Source of the DNA: Girardia tigrina
Taxonomy: Eukaryota
NCBI GenBank assembly: GCA_001938485.1
Contig: MQRK01197446.1
Location: 11,445-69,107 of the forward strand
Reading direction: 5' to 3'
DNA: 57,663 nucleotides
The position numbers and the translations under genes were made by a program. Shown here piece after piece: positions 34,931 through 46,932 of the stretch. The notes below the pieces were generated by a model that was not told the DNA's origin, did not search any database, and was given only the letters and a program-made list of their open reading frames with translations. How positions within the stretch are numbered: the stretch's first letter is position 1; each line of letters begins with the position of its first letter.

Positions 34931-36915
34931 CTGAAAATAGACGACTTCAACAAAAATATTTGATTAATTAATAATTTAATAAAATACATAAATTCACGAT
35001 ATAAATAAAATTTGATTAACGTTCCAGAACTTGAGCCAGGGGTAAAAGATTCAAATCGCTTTAGCATTTCTATTTCGGTTCGAAAGAATTTTATTATTTA
35101 ATAAATTATTTTTCTATAAAAAACATTCTTTTCAAAAATTGGATCGAATTTCATTTTAAAAATTCAAAGTAAAAATATTTAAAAAATAAATGTCCAAATT
35201 AAATCAAAAACAAATTTGAAAATTAAAAAGCGGAAAAAATTGGAAGATTTCAAAAAAACAATCGAGAGTGTAAATGAATGTATATTTATTTCCATTTTTA
35301 TCAGTCAATATATGTATATGTTGTCAGGATTTTTATTCGGATCAAGTGGAATATATCTGGTCAAACGACGAGTTAACAAAAATGGTTCATCTGAAAATTC
35401 GAAGATCCACTTACGTGTATAATCAGATGACCGTTATCAAGAAAAGACAAAATAAATTTTGTGAAACAAATGCTTTTTCGTCAATTCGAGTGTACTCCAC
35501 TCGACTTGGAACATTTATAAGTATACATTGATCGAAACGTGTTTCGTCTACTCTCACTGCGATAAAGTATTCTATTCTCGACAGTCAACCAAAAAGTCTA
35601 TTTGCTTGAGATGCTTTATTCAAGAAACACTTGTGATAATTACATTGACAGCTTTGTTAATCGAGGATTTATTTATCCATGTCCAAACATTGATAACAAT
35701 AAACACAATTTATTATTTTCTAATGCTCATTACTCAAATGACAATTTAAACAATAATGTTTTTACGACTAAACAATATCAATCAATCTATGAGCAACTAC
35801 AGACAATCGAAGGAAACCTGTTTTATTTATATCAAACTATTAGGTTGTTCGATATGAAACGGGTCAAACTTCACACCTTACATTTCAATCGCGTATAACT
35901 TAACTTTGAACTATCGTATGAAAATAAATAAGGTATTTCTTGACATATATTATTCCTCTTTAAAAATCAATTATTTAATTTCAAATATATTGAATAGTTT
36001 CTTGTNNNNNNNNNNNNNNNNNNNNNNNNNNNNNNNNNNNNNNNNNNNNNNNNNNNNNNNNNNNNNNNNNNNNNNNNNNNNNNNNNNNNNNNNNNNNNNN
36101 NNNNNNNNNNNNNNNNNNNNNNNNNNNNNNNNNNNNNNNNNNNNNNNNNNNNNNNNNNNNNNNNNNNNNNNNNNNNNNNNNNNNNNNNNNNNNNNNNNNN
36201 NNNNNNNNNNNNNNNNNNNNNNNNNNNNNNNNNNNNNNNNNNNNNNNNNNNNNNNNNNNNNNNNNNNNNNNNNNNNNNNNNNNNNNNNNNNNNNNNNNNN
36301 NNNNNNNNNNNNNNNNNNNNNNNNNNNNNNNNNNNNNNNNNNNNNNNNNNNNNNNNNNNNNNNNNNNNNNNNNNNNNNNNNNNNNNNNNNNNNNNNNNNN
36401 NNNNNNNNNNNNNNNNNNNNNNNNNNNNNNNNNNNNNNNNNNNNNNNNNNNNNNNNNNNNNNNNNNNNNNNNNNNNNNNNNNNNNNNNNNNNNNNNNNNN
36501 NNNNNNNNNNNNNNNNNNNNNNNNNNNNNNNNNNNNNNNNNNNNNNNNNNNNNNNNNNNNNNNNNNNNNNNNNNNNNNNNNNNNNNNNNNNNNNNNNNNN
36601 NNNNNNNNNNNNNNNNNNNNNNNNNNNNNNNNNNNNNNNNNNNNNNNNNNNNNNNNNNNNNNNNNNNNNNNNNNNNNNNNNNNNNNNNNNNNNNNNNNNN
36701 NNNNNNNNNNNNNNNNNNNNNNNNNNNNNNNNNNNNNNNNNNNNNNNNNNNNNNNNNNNNNNNNNNNNNNNNNNNNNNNNNNNNNNNNNNNNNNNNNNNN
36801 NNNNNNNNNNNNNNNNNNNNNNNNNNNNNNNNNNNNNNNNNNNNNNNNNNNNNNNNNNNNNNNNNNNNNNNNNNNNNNNNNNNNNNNNNNNNNNNNNNNN
36901 NNNNNNNNNNNNNNN

Positions 36916-36973
36916 NCGGCCTTTCAAGAATTCATTGACTCTCGTGAATCAGTGTTTTATACTAAAGGGTTAA
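36916..36973. mobile_element. piggyBac-type terminus next to a gap
   Basis: ...AAAGGG|TTAA immediately after the N-run. Confidence 0.4.
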
Positions 36974-37370
36974 ATGTGTTACCATTGAAATGGCAACAGT
37001 TTGTTGACAACATGGGGGGATATTTTGATTAAAAACAAAATGTTATTATTAAAAAAAAATCGATTTACATTTTACTTTAATTTTGACCCGTTTCATATCG
37101 AACAACCTAATAATATACGAAACATATATGCGTTAAATAGTGGTATTGTAGGTAACCTTATGATAACCCTACCCGCAATAAGCGCTATTTACAGAGAGAA
37201 GATTCGACCAAAAAGAAATTTTAAGAAAAAGATATCAACAGCCCCAAGGAGATATCACAGACAGATTTCCCTCGTCACCATCTTCAACTTTAAATTCTAT
37301 TTTGGGGGTTTAAATTTAATTAAGGGTAATATATTTATTACTATTATGTTAGTTAATTTGTTTGCAAATA

Positions 37371-37474
37371 CAGGGGTGGCCATAAGTCGCTTTACCATAA
37401 GTCGCCATCAACATATGTAGTTCGTGCAAGTTTGCAGTTGCATATAACACGCACAAGTTTACTGGCCACCCCTG
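37371..37474. mobile_element. Tc1/mariner-type micro-MITE, 104 bp
   Basis: TA|CAGGGGTGGCCA ... TGGCCACCCCTG|TA. Confidence 0.85.
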
Positions 37475-38109
37475 TATAATTAATATATGCCTCAAATATT
37501 ACATATACATGTATATTTTTTTAATTTGTGCAATATGATCGGATTATTTAGAGGTGAAGCACCTCAGTATATACCACAGCGCATAGTGCATAGAATATAA
37601 TCAAAGGTGCAATGAGTAAGCGTTGAATTAAACAAAAATGCAGAAAGATTTCTTCGCATCTATTGTGATTACGTCCTCTGTCTTGTTTCAAACTTTCTAT
37701 ACAAGCTATCAAATATTGATATGGTAATGTATTTTCATATCTAGAATATCACCCTGGAGACAAAAGAAGACAATCGGAGAATGTCTCGAGTTTACTAATT
37801 AAAAAATATTAAATGTACAAAAGAATAGGGTGAACTAACTAATTATTTTTTCATTCACAATACAAATATTTTAAGAGATAATAACTCTATTGACTGAATA
37901 AATATCTGCAAACATAAATAAATATCTAAATATAAATTTATAAATTATTGTTAAGATTATGTGTAACTGAATCAGTGGTCATTGTGAAACCGTAAAGGTT
38001 TTAATTCAAATCTTTTGACAATAGTCCATTGTAGCCACTAAACGCTGCTTTGTTTAAAGACGAAAGAATATTTTTATAATTAGATATTCTTATTGTGTTC
38101 TAAATTAAA

Positions 38110-38802
38110 TAAGTAAATCAAAAAAATGTTTCTATCCATTCTTTGTGCGGACAGAACTGTACTTGGTCAACAGAATTTTTTTAAATTTTTAATTCATTTT
38201 TTTGAAAATATTTTTTTAATTAAAATTTTTATAGGTTAACTAAATTTCAATTTTCAATTATCCATACATTTTACCATGGATGAGAGGTGTATGTGTAAGT
38301 GTTTTCTCTAAAATTGTTTTCTCGTGTTAAGGTGATAGTTGAGCATTCGAATTATTTCAAGGGAAAGATTTTTTATACATTTTTAATGTTTTTATTGCTG
38401 TTTTGTTTAATTTATAAAAAAAATATTTTCAAAAAAAGTAAAGTTATTAAATTCTGTGAACCAAGTAGAGTTTTGCCCGCATAGAGTATGGATATGAAAA
38501 ATATTTTTTTCATTTAATAGTCAGACTTTAACTCGGTTTACTGAACTTTATTTAGTTTTCAATTTATTTTTTGCGTAATGTAAACTATTTACAATTTATA
38601 AGTAGATCTTTTTATATTAATATTGTTCAGGAAATCCGTTTTGTTCCAATTCCGAGACCTTAAAAATTTTTTTTGATCAAATTTGCTCATAATCATTTAT
38701 AGTCATCGAAAATGAGAAAGTGCAAAATTTGGACAAAATTGATTGAGTGAAAAAAGTTCCTAAATTCCAGAGAAAGCAAACTAATAAAAAGAATGGAAAA
38801 TA
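38110..38802. repeat. Helentron/DINE-1-like element, copy 3 (longer, with internal inverted repeat)
   Basis: Same termini as copies 1 and 2; 38134-38178 is inverted at about 38448-38493. Confidence 0.65.
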
Positions 38803-40740
38803 AGTTACCTTAAAAGTTTTAATAATTGTTATATAGCATCTCAGAACAAGGATGTCCCAATCAAATATTTTTTACCGCAACCATTTTGTATAGAGAATCA
38901 TTGAGAATAATACATTAGACAAAATCGATTATTTTGAGTTTATGCTACTAACCCTCTCAGAAGACATTTATTCAACAGTTTATATTTGTGGTTTGCTTTA
39001 TAGTTAACAACCGCTGTTAGATATTACAGTGATTCATGTGACAGAAATAATTTATTCATAAATTTTCTACCTCTTGGATTTCAAGAAATGTTTTTCTCAC
39101 TGAGGATTTTCAGAAGCTTTTAGTATGATCCCTTCACAATAAAAAATTATTACATGTAATTTAACTTTGCAATAACTGGATATGAATTCAGTTTTAATAG
39201 TAGTTCTTTTTAGTTTAATTTCTTATGTGAAAAACAAATGCAGTTCCTAATCAGAGTAATAGTATCAGAAAAATAGACAAATAATTCCACGACCAGAATA
39301 AATTACACTTAGATTTTAAAGATGAGCTGCTAAGTACCTTCAAGTAGTTCCCGAAATTAACATAACTGTAACAGAAGCTCACTAACAGAGGGTGTTTTAC
39401 CAGAGGGTCACAACATTTGTACAACCGTTCAAACTATTTTTATCATAAATAATTTTTAAGAATAGATACGACGCGTTTCTTACTTAATCGCGTCTTACCG
39501 GATTTAAAAATTTTTTGTGGAATTCTCAAAAAAAGAATGTATGCAGTGGTGAACTATGGACATTTTAAGAATCGACTCAGTGGTCCAACTCAATGTTTCT
39601 GAAAACATAGGGTAAAAAGGACGTCTAATAATCAGTAGTAATTAAAGTTTAAATTAATTTGATTTTCAATATAAATAAAAATGTTTTGCTGGTATAAAAA
39701 ATAGATTCTATCGAATCTAAAAATATTTGATTCTTAAATATTTCTGGAATTTTACTGCAAAAATATCGAGTCTTCATTATTGTTAAAAATTCAAAACGGT
39801 AATTATTCGTAATACGTTTATTAATATTCTTCTTGGATTTGATAATTTTCTAGGAATGTATAAGTGTTTTGTATTATTAATTTCCTCTAATTTTTATCAC
39901 GCTCTTCGTCTTTTTGCTAAAAATCTTGGAAAGAAATTTTCACCCACTTCCCGTGGTCCGATTGAGATGAAATGTGTAATCAGTTTTTTTGAAAAACATA
40001 TGGATTTCTTTGTATTTTTAAATTTGTATTTTTTTTATTTTTCAAAGCATAATTAATTTTCAGTTTTTTTTTGTAATAAATACATTTTTGGATTTCTTAA
40101 TAATTAGTTTATTTGATTATATCTATCAAAAGGATTTTTTAAAAAATATATGGATTTTTAGGATCAGATTCCCATAATTTTCCAATGAGAAAAAAAACAA
40201 CTTTATATAAATTTCAGATGTGGAAACAACGTTCCGAAGACTGAGTATCCTAATCAACAACAAACTATTCTTAACTGCCTGAACATTTTCCGAACAAGTC
40301 ATTCGAGGTTCGAATTCGAAATCTTGACTCAGAATCGATCAAAATCCACAAATCAGCACAGTCCCAACGACGAAACCTCTTTAAAATGGGACACCGATCT
40401 GTAACAAAACCACAAAATTCTGCTCAGAGGAAATCTTAGTCAATATTAATGGTTTCTTATTGCAGAATCAATGACAATATGAGCGTAGTACATTAATTTT
40501 TTTTATATTTTACTTGTTTTATATCGCAATCATTATTGTGTTTGATAGTATTGATAATCATAACGATAAGAGAAGGGAATTTATAATATCCCTATTTGGA
40601 CGAATGGACAGTTAAATGCCGGCGTGTACATGTGTATGTATTGTTAACACGATCTATAAATTTATCAGCACTTAATACGGAATATTGTATACTAGACACA
40701 AACATTTATTTGTAATCATATTTTGGTATGCTGATAAATA

Positions 40741-41844
40741 TTAGGTGTACAAGTATGAAATGCGGATTTCAGAAAACGGATTGTGCACAATGCAAAAAGT
40801 AGATCAATGGTTAGGCAATGATGTCATAATATTGAGTAATTATGTAGTGTCTCATACGTACATAACTCATAAATTGATAAAGCGTTTTAATAATTGTTGT
40901 ATTTCTGTGTTTTAGATGTCCAAATTTATGCCAAGCAGGGAGCACTCGCGGACGGTACTAATTTTTTGTTACCATCTAAAGNNNNNNNNNNNNNNNNNNN
41001 NNNNNNNNNNNNNNNNNNNNNNNNNNNNNNNNNNNNNNNNNNNNNNNNNNNNNNNNNNNNNNNNNNNNNNNNNNNNNNNNNNNNNNNNNNNNNNNNNNNN
41101 NNNNNNNNNNNNNNNNNNNNNNNNNNNNNNNNNNNNNNNNNNNNNNNNNNNNNNNNNNNNNNNNNNNNNNNNNNNNNNNNNNNNNNNNNNNNNNNNNNNN
41201 NNNNNNNNNNNNNNNNNNNNNNNNNNNNNNNNNNNNNNNNNNNNNNNNNNNNNNNNNNNNNNNNNNNNNNNNNNNNNNNNNNNNNNNNNNNNNNNNNNNN
41301 NNNNNNNNNNNNNNNNNNNNNNNNNNNNNNNNNNNNNNNNNNNNNNNNNNNNNNNNNNNNNNNNNNNNNNNNNNNNNNNNNNNNNNNNNNNNNNNNNNNN
41401 NNNNNNNNNNNNNNNNNNNNNNNNNNNNNNNNNNNNNNNNNNNNNNNNNNNNNNNNNNNNNNNNNNNNNNNNNNNNNNNNNNNNNNNNNNNNNNNNNNNN
41501 NNNNNNNNNNNNNNNNNNNNNNNNNNNNNNNNNNNNNNNNNNNNNNNNNNNNNNNNNNNNNNNNNNNNNNNNNNNNNNNNNNNNNNNNNNNNNNNNNNNN
41601 NNNNNNNNNNNNNNNNNNNNNNNNNNNNNNNNNNNNNNNNNNNNNNNNNNNNNNNNNNNNNNNNNNNNNNNNNNNNNNNNNNNNNNNNNNNNNNNNNNNN
41701 NNNNNNNNNNNNNNNNNNNNNNNNNNNNNNNNNNTGTATCATTAGTAATGGAGCATATTTTGAATAAAGCTTTTTTTATCGTTCTTTTGTTTTTAACGTA
41801 TTTCTTTTCAAAATTTAATCCGCATTTCATACTTGTACACCTAA
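40741..41844 (+). mobile_element. Mos1-like (mauritiana subfamily) mariner, centre in gap
   Basis: Perfect 28-bp TIRs TTAGGTGTACAAGTATGAAATGCGGATT flanked by TA; N-terminus MSKFMPSREHSRTVLIFCYHLK and C-terminus CIISNGAYFE*. Confidence 0.9.
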
Positions 41845-41947
41845 TAATATTAAATGGCACGCCAATACAAACAGATAATACCAACGGAAATAAAAGTATT
41901 CAAAGAGCAAATTATGGTAAGGAATAAATGGCATTTACACTGAAATA

Positions 41948-42584
41948 TGTTATACCGAATTTGTGTATTCGGCAACCTACTTGTCGAATTCACGAACTCG
42001 GCAATTTTTTTTAAAAATGTTTTAATTCAATTATGAAATTGATATTAACATTTAATATGAAAAAGTCAATTTGATACGAAAAAATATCGATTAAATAAGA
42101 AAATTATGTATTTAATATGAAAAAAAATATTAAATTAATATGAAAAAAATGCTTTGAAAACACTCAAGTTTGCAATTCAGCTTGTCACGAAGAAAGAAGT
42201 TTCAATAACTATGAATAAAAATTTTACATTTGGAGTCTAATTTGACTAAAAAATTTAATTTTTTTCATATTTAATTTATTTTTGATATTAAATCGATATT
42301 TTTTTCATATTAAATACATATTTTTTCATAATAAATTGATATTTTTTATATTTTATAAATAATCTTTGATTTTAAATTGAAAATTTTTCATATAATTAGT
42401 GAATTCGGCAAAAATTGATTAGTTCGTGAATTTGGCAATTACACTATTTCAGCAAACTGTTGCCGAATTCGGCCAAATATTTTACCTAATTCGTGAATTC
42501 GACCATTTTTTTGGTTTATTCACGATTTAAGCAAGTCGGTTGCCGAATACACGAATTCGTCAATTACACAAATTCGGCATAACA
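41948..42584. mobile_element. Foldback MITE with TGT...ACA ends (Ginger-like)
   Basis: TIR TGTTATACCGAATTTGTGTA / TACACAAATTCGGCATAACA with many GAATTCGGC-type subterminal motifs; flanks AATA and CATA. Confidence 0.7.
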
Positions 42585-42968
42585 CATATATGCGGATTTT
42601 AATAAATATTAAACACCATATTATTAAATGAAATGAGAAGTTATTGTTAATGTTTCGTAAAAATGTTTGCTAAATGCATCCATCAAAATAAAATTCAAAA
42701 TAATTCGTGGCTTATCATAACAAAAATAGGATTATGCGATTGGGGAAATTGCAAAATAATATTACAATTATTTTTTATTTTACAATTACTTTTAAGGGCT
42801 GGTTAACTACTCTTAACTGAAAGAGACTGTATAGAAAGTCGGTGTAAGCAATATTATAAAATAAAGGCGCCAAAAAGTCCCGCTCTATTTTACCCATAAA
42901 ATTACGTTCCATAATAATTCAATCACCGAAAATCGTCCTAATTCCTACAAAATCCAACAAAAGATCAC

Positions 42969-43280
42969 CTTATTCTGTCGATAAAGTTCCTTAATGATCT
43001 TCGACTGATTGTAATTCGTCCGCTCGATATTTCTCTTCGGTCTGTCCGACAGGAAGTCCTGGCGACTCGACTCGACAACATCATCGTCTGAAATCGTGAT
43101 CACTGTGGTCGGCTGATCGATCGTTCGAAAACTGTGGCTCAAATTGCCTTCTTCGTCCGACGAATTACAAATCACCAAAATCGGTTCTTCGATCGACGTG
43201 TTCTCATTGCCATATTTCTCAATAATATTCCCGTTGACTTTATTCGACATTGGTTTACAATTCGAGCGACTTACGACCAT
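42969..43280 (-). CDS. First coding exon of an uncharacterised protein with SIM-like motifs
   Basis: tttcag acceptor at 43306-07, ATG at 43280, 104 codons, AAG|GTGATC donor; contains ILVICNSSDEE and VITISDDD. Confidence 0.6.
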
Positions 43281-44830
43281 TTTTAACGGCAATTAAACAA
43301 CGATACTGAAATTTACACTTTCAATAAAATAATATGACAATATTACAATCAATATTAAATTTTTGAAAATTAATCAATAAATAATATTTACAAAATCGAT
43401 AATGAATTTTTTAATTTGAAAATGTTTTTTTTTATTTATAGAAATAAATCTGAAAAGAATTTTTGGGTTTTTTTAATTATTTAATTTTATTTTATTTCAA
43501 TCTCGAAAGATTACATAAAAAATGTTATTTTAAACAAATTTGAATTTTTGATTTTTGTGTATATTTAGGAAAATCTTTTTTTTAAGCGAAAAAATGTTTT
43601 ATTTTTTTAATTTTTAATTTCTGTTACTTTTTTTTATTTACGTTTAGGGTGAAATATTTTTGTAAATATTGGAATTTTAGTTTATGTTTTAAGAACTTGT
43701 TTTGGTTTCGTTTATATTTTCTTCGTTTTTTAGATTTAAATTATCTTGAAAATTTTTGAATTTTATTTGTTTTTTAAAAAAATGATAATTGTTAACGGTC
43801 GAAAAAAATTAGATGAAAGAAAAAAGAAAATTTTAAAATCTGCAAGAATTAAAATTTTATGTGGATTTAATTTACTTGTGAAAACTCCGTAAGGGTCGCA
43901 TAAATTTTATTAAAATACAAATTGGTATTCATGTTGGCGTATCTGGGTGATATTAAATTAACAAGAGAATATTAAAAACTAAGATTTTTCTAAATAAGAT
44001 ATTTATTTTCTATATAAAATGATACAAATTTCGGAAGCGACTTAACTATATTGAGTGATTTTGTATATTGGATAGTTGGAGAAACGAGATTTCGTTTGCT
44101 TCAAAATGATTTTGAAATATATATAAAAATATATTATAGAAAATAAATAATTGTATTAGTTCTTTCGCACTTTTAAAATCTTTTGATAGTTCTAATTTAT
44201 TCTTGCCTCTTTCTCCAATAGCTGGTCCGATGATCAATTTTGTGTTATTTCGTGTTTGACTTGATCTGCTTTTTATAAGATATAGCTGAATTAATAAATC
44301 TGTCCGTTGATCCAATTAATTCGATATAATGAATTCTTGAAATTCCGATTTTTAAGATCACTTAACTTTTAAAATAATTAAGGCCCTTTCTGAAATATAA
44401 TTAAGGTCTTTTTAGATAAAATTTTTGTTGTTTTATTTTCTTTAAACTCTTTCTTCTTTTATACTATTCTTTAAATATAATTTATTTTTATTTAACATTT
44501 AAAATATAGTGTTTTCTTCTCCGTTATAAACATCCTTCTCTTCTATTTATTTTATTTATCTTTTTACTAAATTTTAATTCTGTTATTTACATATAATTTA
44601 TATTTAATATGGTAAATAGATAAATAAAAACTTATTTTATCTATTAATTAAAAAAAATTATTATTAATACTTTTATTATTTTATTACCTTAATATTCATA
44701 TTGAGATCTCAATATACTTGTCATTGTAGTGATCCTCAAAAACAACCAAAGAAAAATGAAGAGAATGAAATAAAAAACAATAACGTTTTAATAAATTCAT
44801 ACTAATAATGTCGCTGTTTTACCGCTTCAC

Positions 44831-45290
44831 TTTTTAGCGCAATTTTCATACTGACAATTGCGATTATTAATTGGTTATTTCTGTGTGGATGGATGGATGG
44901 ATGTGTGTCCGCAGCTTTAAGTCGTATCTCCTCCTCAACGAAGCAATATCGAGGGCTAGTGCCAAAAGCAAATATGTTAAGCAAGTTTGGAGGATGATTG
45001 TGGGCCAAAAAATTCCCGGATTTCCTTCCTGGATTTCCCGGAAAAGCCAAAAACCTCGAAAAAATGCAGTTTTTGGCCTATATCTCGGCAACCAGACCAC
45101 TTAGAGACTTGAAACATTTACCAATCGATTCCTGCAATAATTTAAAACAATATTGCCGAAAAAAGTTTTCAAAAATATCCTTTCGTTCGGTCACAAAAAA
45201 ATAATCATAGTCAAATACTGATATAAACGTTTTAATATTTGGGCACCGAATAACATAAGGAAATTGCGCTTAAATTGTCACTAGACTTTT
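44831..45290 (+). mobile_element. DINE-1/HINE-like Helentron derivative (second family)
   Basis: TTTTT-AGCGCAATT subTIR, nearby partial inverted copy, (GGAT)n microsatellite, distal AATTGCGCT followed by a T-run. Confidence 0.7.
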
Positions 45291-46249
45291 TATTAACTTG
45301 TTTAATTAAATGATGAAAATAATATGATCTGGATGTCGATGTAAATAAAACTTTCGTTGCTATGAATAAAACTTTGCTCAATATGACTTTTTAGAGCGTT
45401 ATTTTTCTCGCGGACCGGAACCTTCCGCACGGATTGTCGCATCTGGCGTCGTTCCACGTCGCGATCGTCGTTCACCGCTCTCAAACTGGTCTGCTCGGTC
45501 GGATTCACTCCAAAGATCTGGGGGCGATTGAGGCAGATGAGCGATTGTCTCCGAGAGAGTTGACCGACGATGTCGCCGGCTGCTGCGGTAAGCGCGACTG
45601 AACTAGTGAGCTTCCGATGATCCGACCGCGCTCACGGGCCCCTCCGACCGGCAGTTTACCATCAGTCCAGTGGAGCCTCCAAAGAGACGAGCTTGCTCAG
45701 TCATCCGCGGAACCAGCGTTACTGCCCGTATTTGTGTGGCTGGCTACGCAGCTTCTCCTTGTGGGTACCAGGCCCACAGTCATCTGAAATTAAGACAATT
45801 CATTTCGTACTGTTTAATAGAAATATCAGCTATATTATTATATCTGAGTTATCAGACACATAAGTTGTGACAAAACAGGAAAAAATACCAGTAATAAAAT
45901 TTATTCTAGAATTCATAAATAACAAGATCCTGTAAGTGTATGTAAACAACTACAACTTATTGGCATATTTCCGTACGCTCATTACTTTCAAGGCACATAA
46001 TCAAACACTAACTGAACAGGGGAAAACTTTGTCCTTTTCACTCCATGAAGCTCATAAGCATGCGGAATCCACTAATCGCGATGGTTGACAATGTGTTCTG
46101 TTGGGTTGTCCCCAATATGACTCTTCAAACAGATCATCAGCACACTAAGGTTCCAATCCATCGACCTTAACAAAACTGACGTACATTGATTGTTCCAATT
46201 TGTTTAATTTGCTCTTCTCCTATCCAAGTCAAGGCGGGCAAATGCTAGG

Positions 46250-46932
46250 ATCATCTTTCGCACATGGATGGTGTTATAAAGGATACGGCTAATCTTTACT
46301 TGATAAGACGGTTGCATCACCATGACGATTGCGCGTTTACTCTTTGTCGTACAAGTGTACGGTGACGCCCGTTTTACAAAAAATTCATCTTCAACCTCCG
46401 GATCTTGCGATGGTACACCTTGCTACGGCCAGGTATTGTCTGATTGAAATTCTTCGATAACTGTATTCTCCGCTTTGAGAGAACACTGTTGAAGCCAGAA
46501 CCATTCCATTCGCATTGTACTACATCACTCTTTTTTCAACCTTCCTTCCGTTTCAAAGGATCATTCTTTTCTTGTTCTGTGGTTGTTGTCCAATATACAA
46601 TTACTGATTTGGAGATTCACGCATCTGAAGCAGACATCGACCCCGGCTTGTTCGAGGAAGCTCGTCAATCCAGAGCCCACGAAAGTGCTATAGTTATCTA
46701 GAATAACTAACTTCAGTAACCGAAAACTCGTAACCGAAACTCGTAAAGTTTCCAGCTATTATCCACCAATGCACAGGCAATGGAGTCAGCACATCCGCTT
46801 TATTCTCTTCCCAACGCACCAGATTTATTCTCATGCTTATCCGATCCTGATTAGTCCTGAATCTGTGCCTGATCAACAGCTCGTTAAGGGCTTGAGATCT
46901 AATTGGTTCTGATCGACGCAGTGCTTCTTTGA
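46250..46932 (-). mobile_element. Second, more decayed copy of the 30560-32300 retroelement family
   Basis: KEALRRSEPIRSQALNELLIRHR and ENKADVLT parallel KNALRGNGPVKCKGLSELLVKRR and NKVDCIT; integrase C-terminal-like VEDEFFVK..CTT..HVR. Confidence 0.6.

Larger units (their letters stand above)
35190..40496 (+). pseudogene. Candidate multi-exon orphan gene, probably pseudogenised
   Basis: Phase-consistent short introns 35270-35327 (58 nt), 35521-35584 (64), 37152-37194 (43) and 40401-40465 (65) join open frames. However, the ATG at 35190 is one base out of frame and the 37552-37790 segment contains stops. Confidence 0.45.

Noticed and set aside
37616-37744. Ultra-short 21- and 28-nt introns that would remove stops
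   Set aside because: The well-supported introns here are at least 41 nt; nonsense mutations in one frame are a simpler explanation.
30004-41884. Long ORFs at 30004-30349, 35906-36973 and 40894-41884 in the supplied track
   Set aside because: They are artefacts of N-runs; only the mariner ends at 40916 and 41767 are meaningful.
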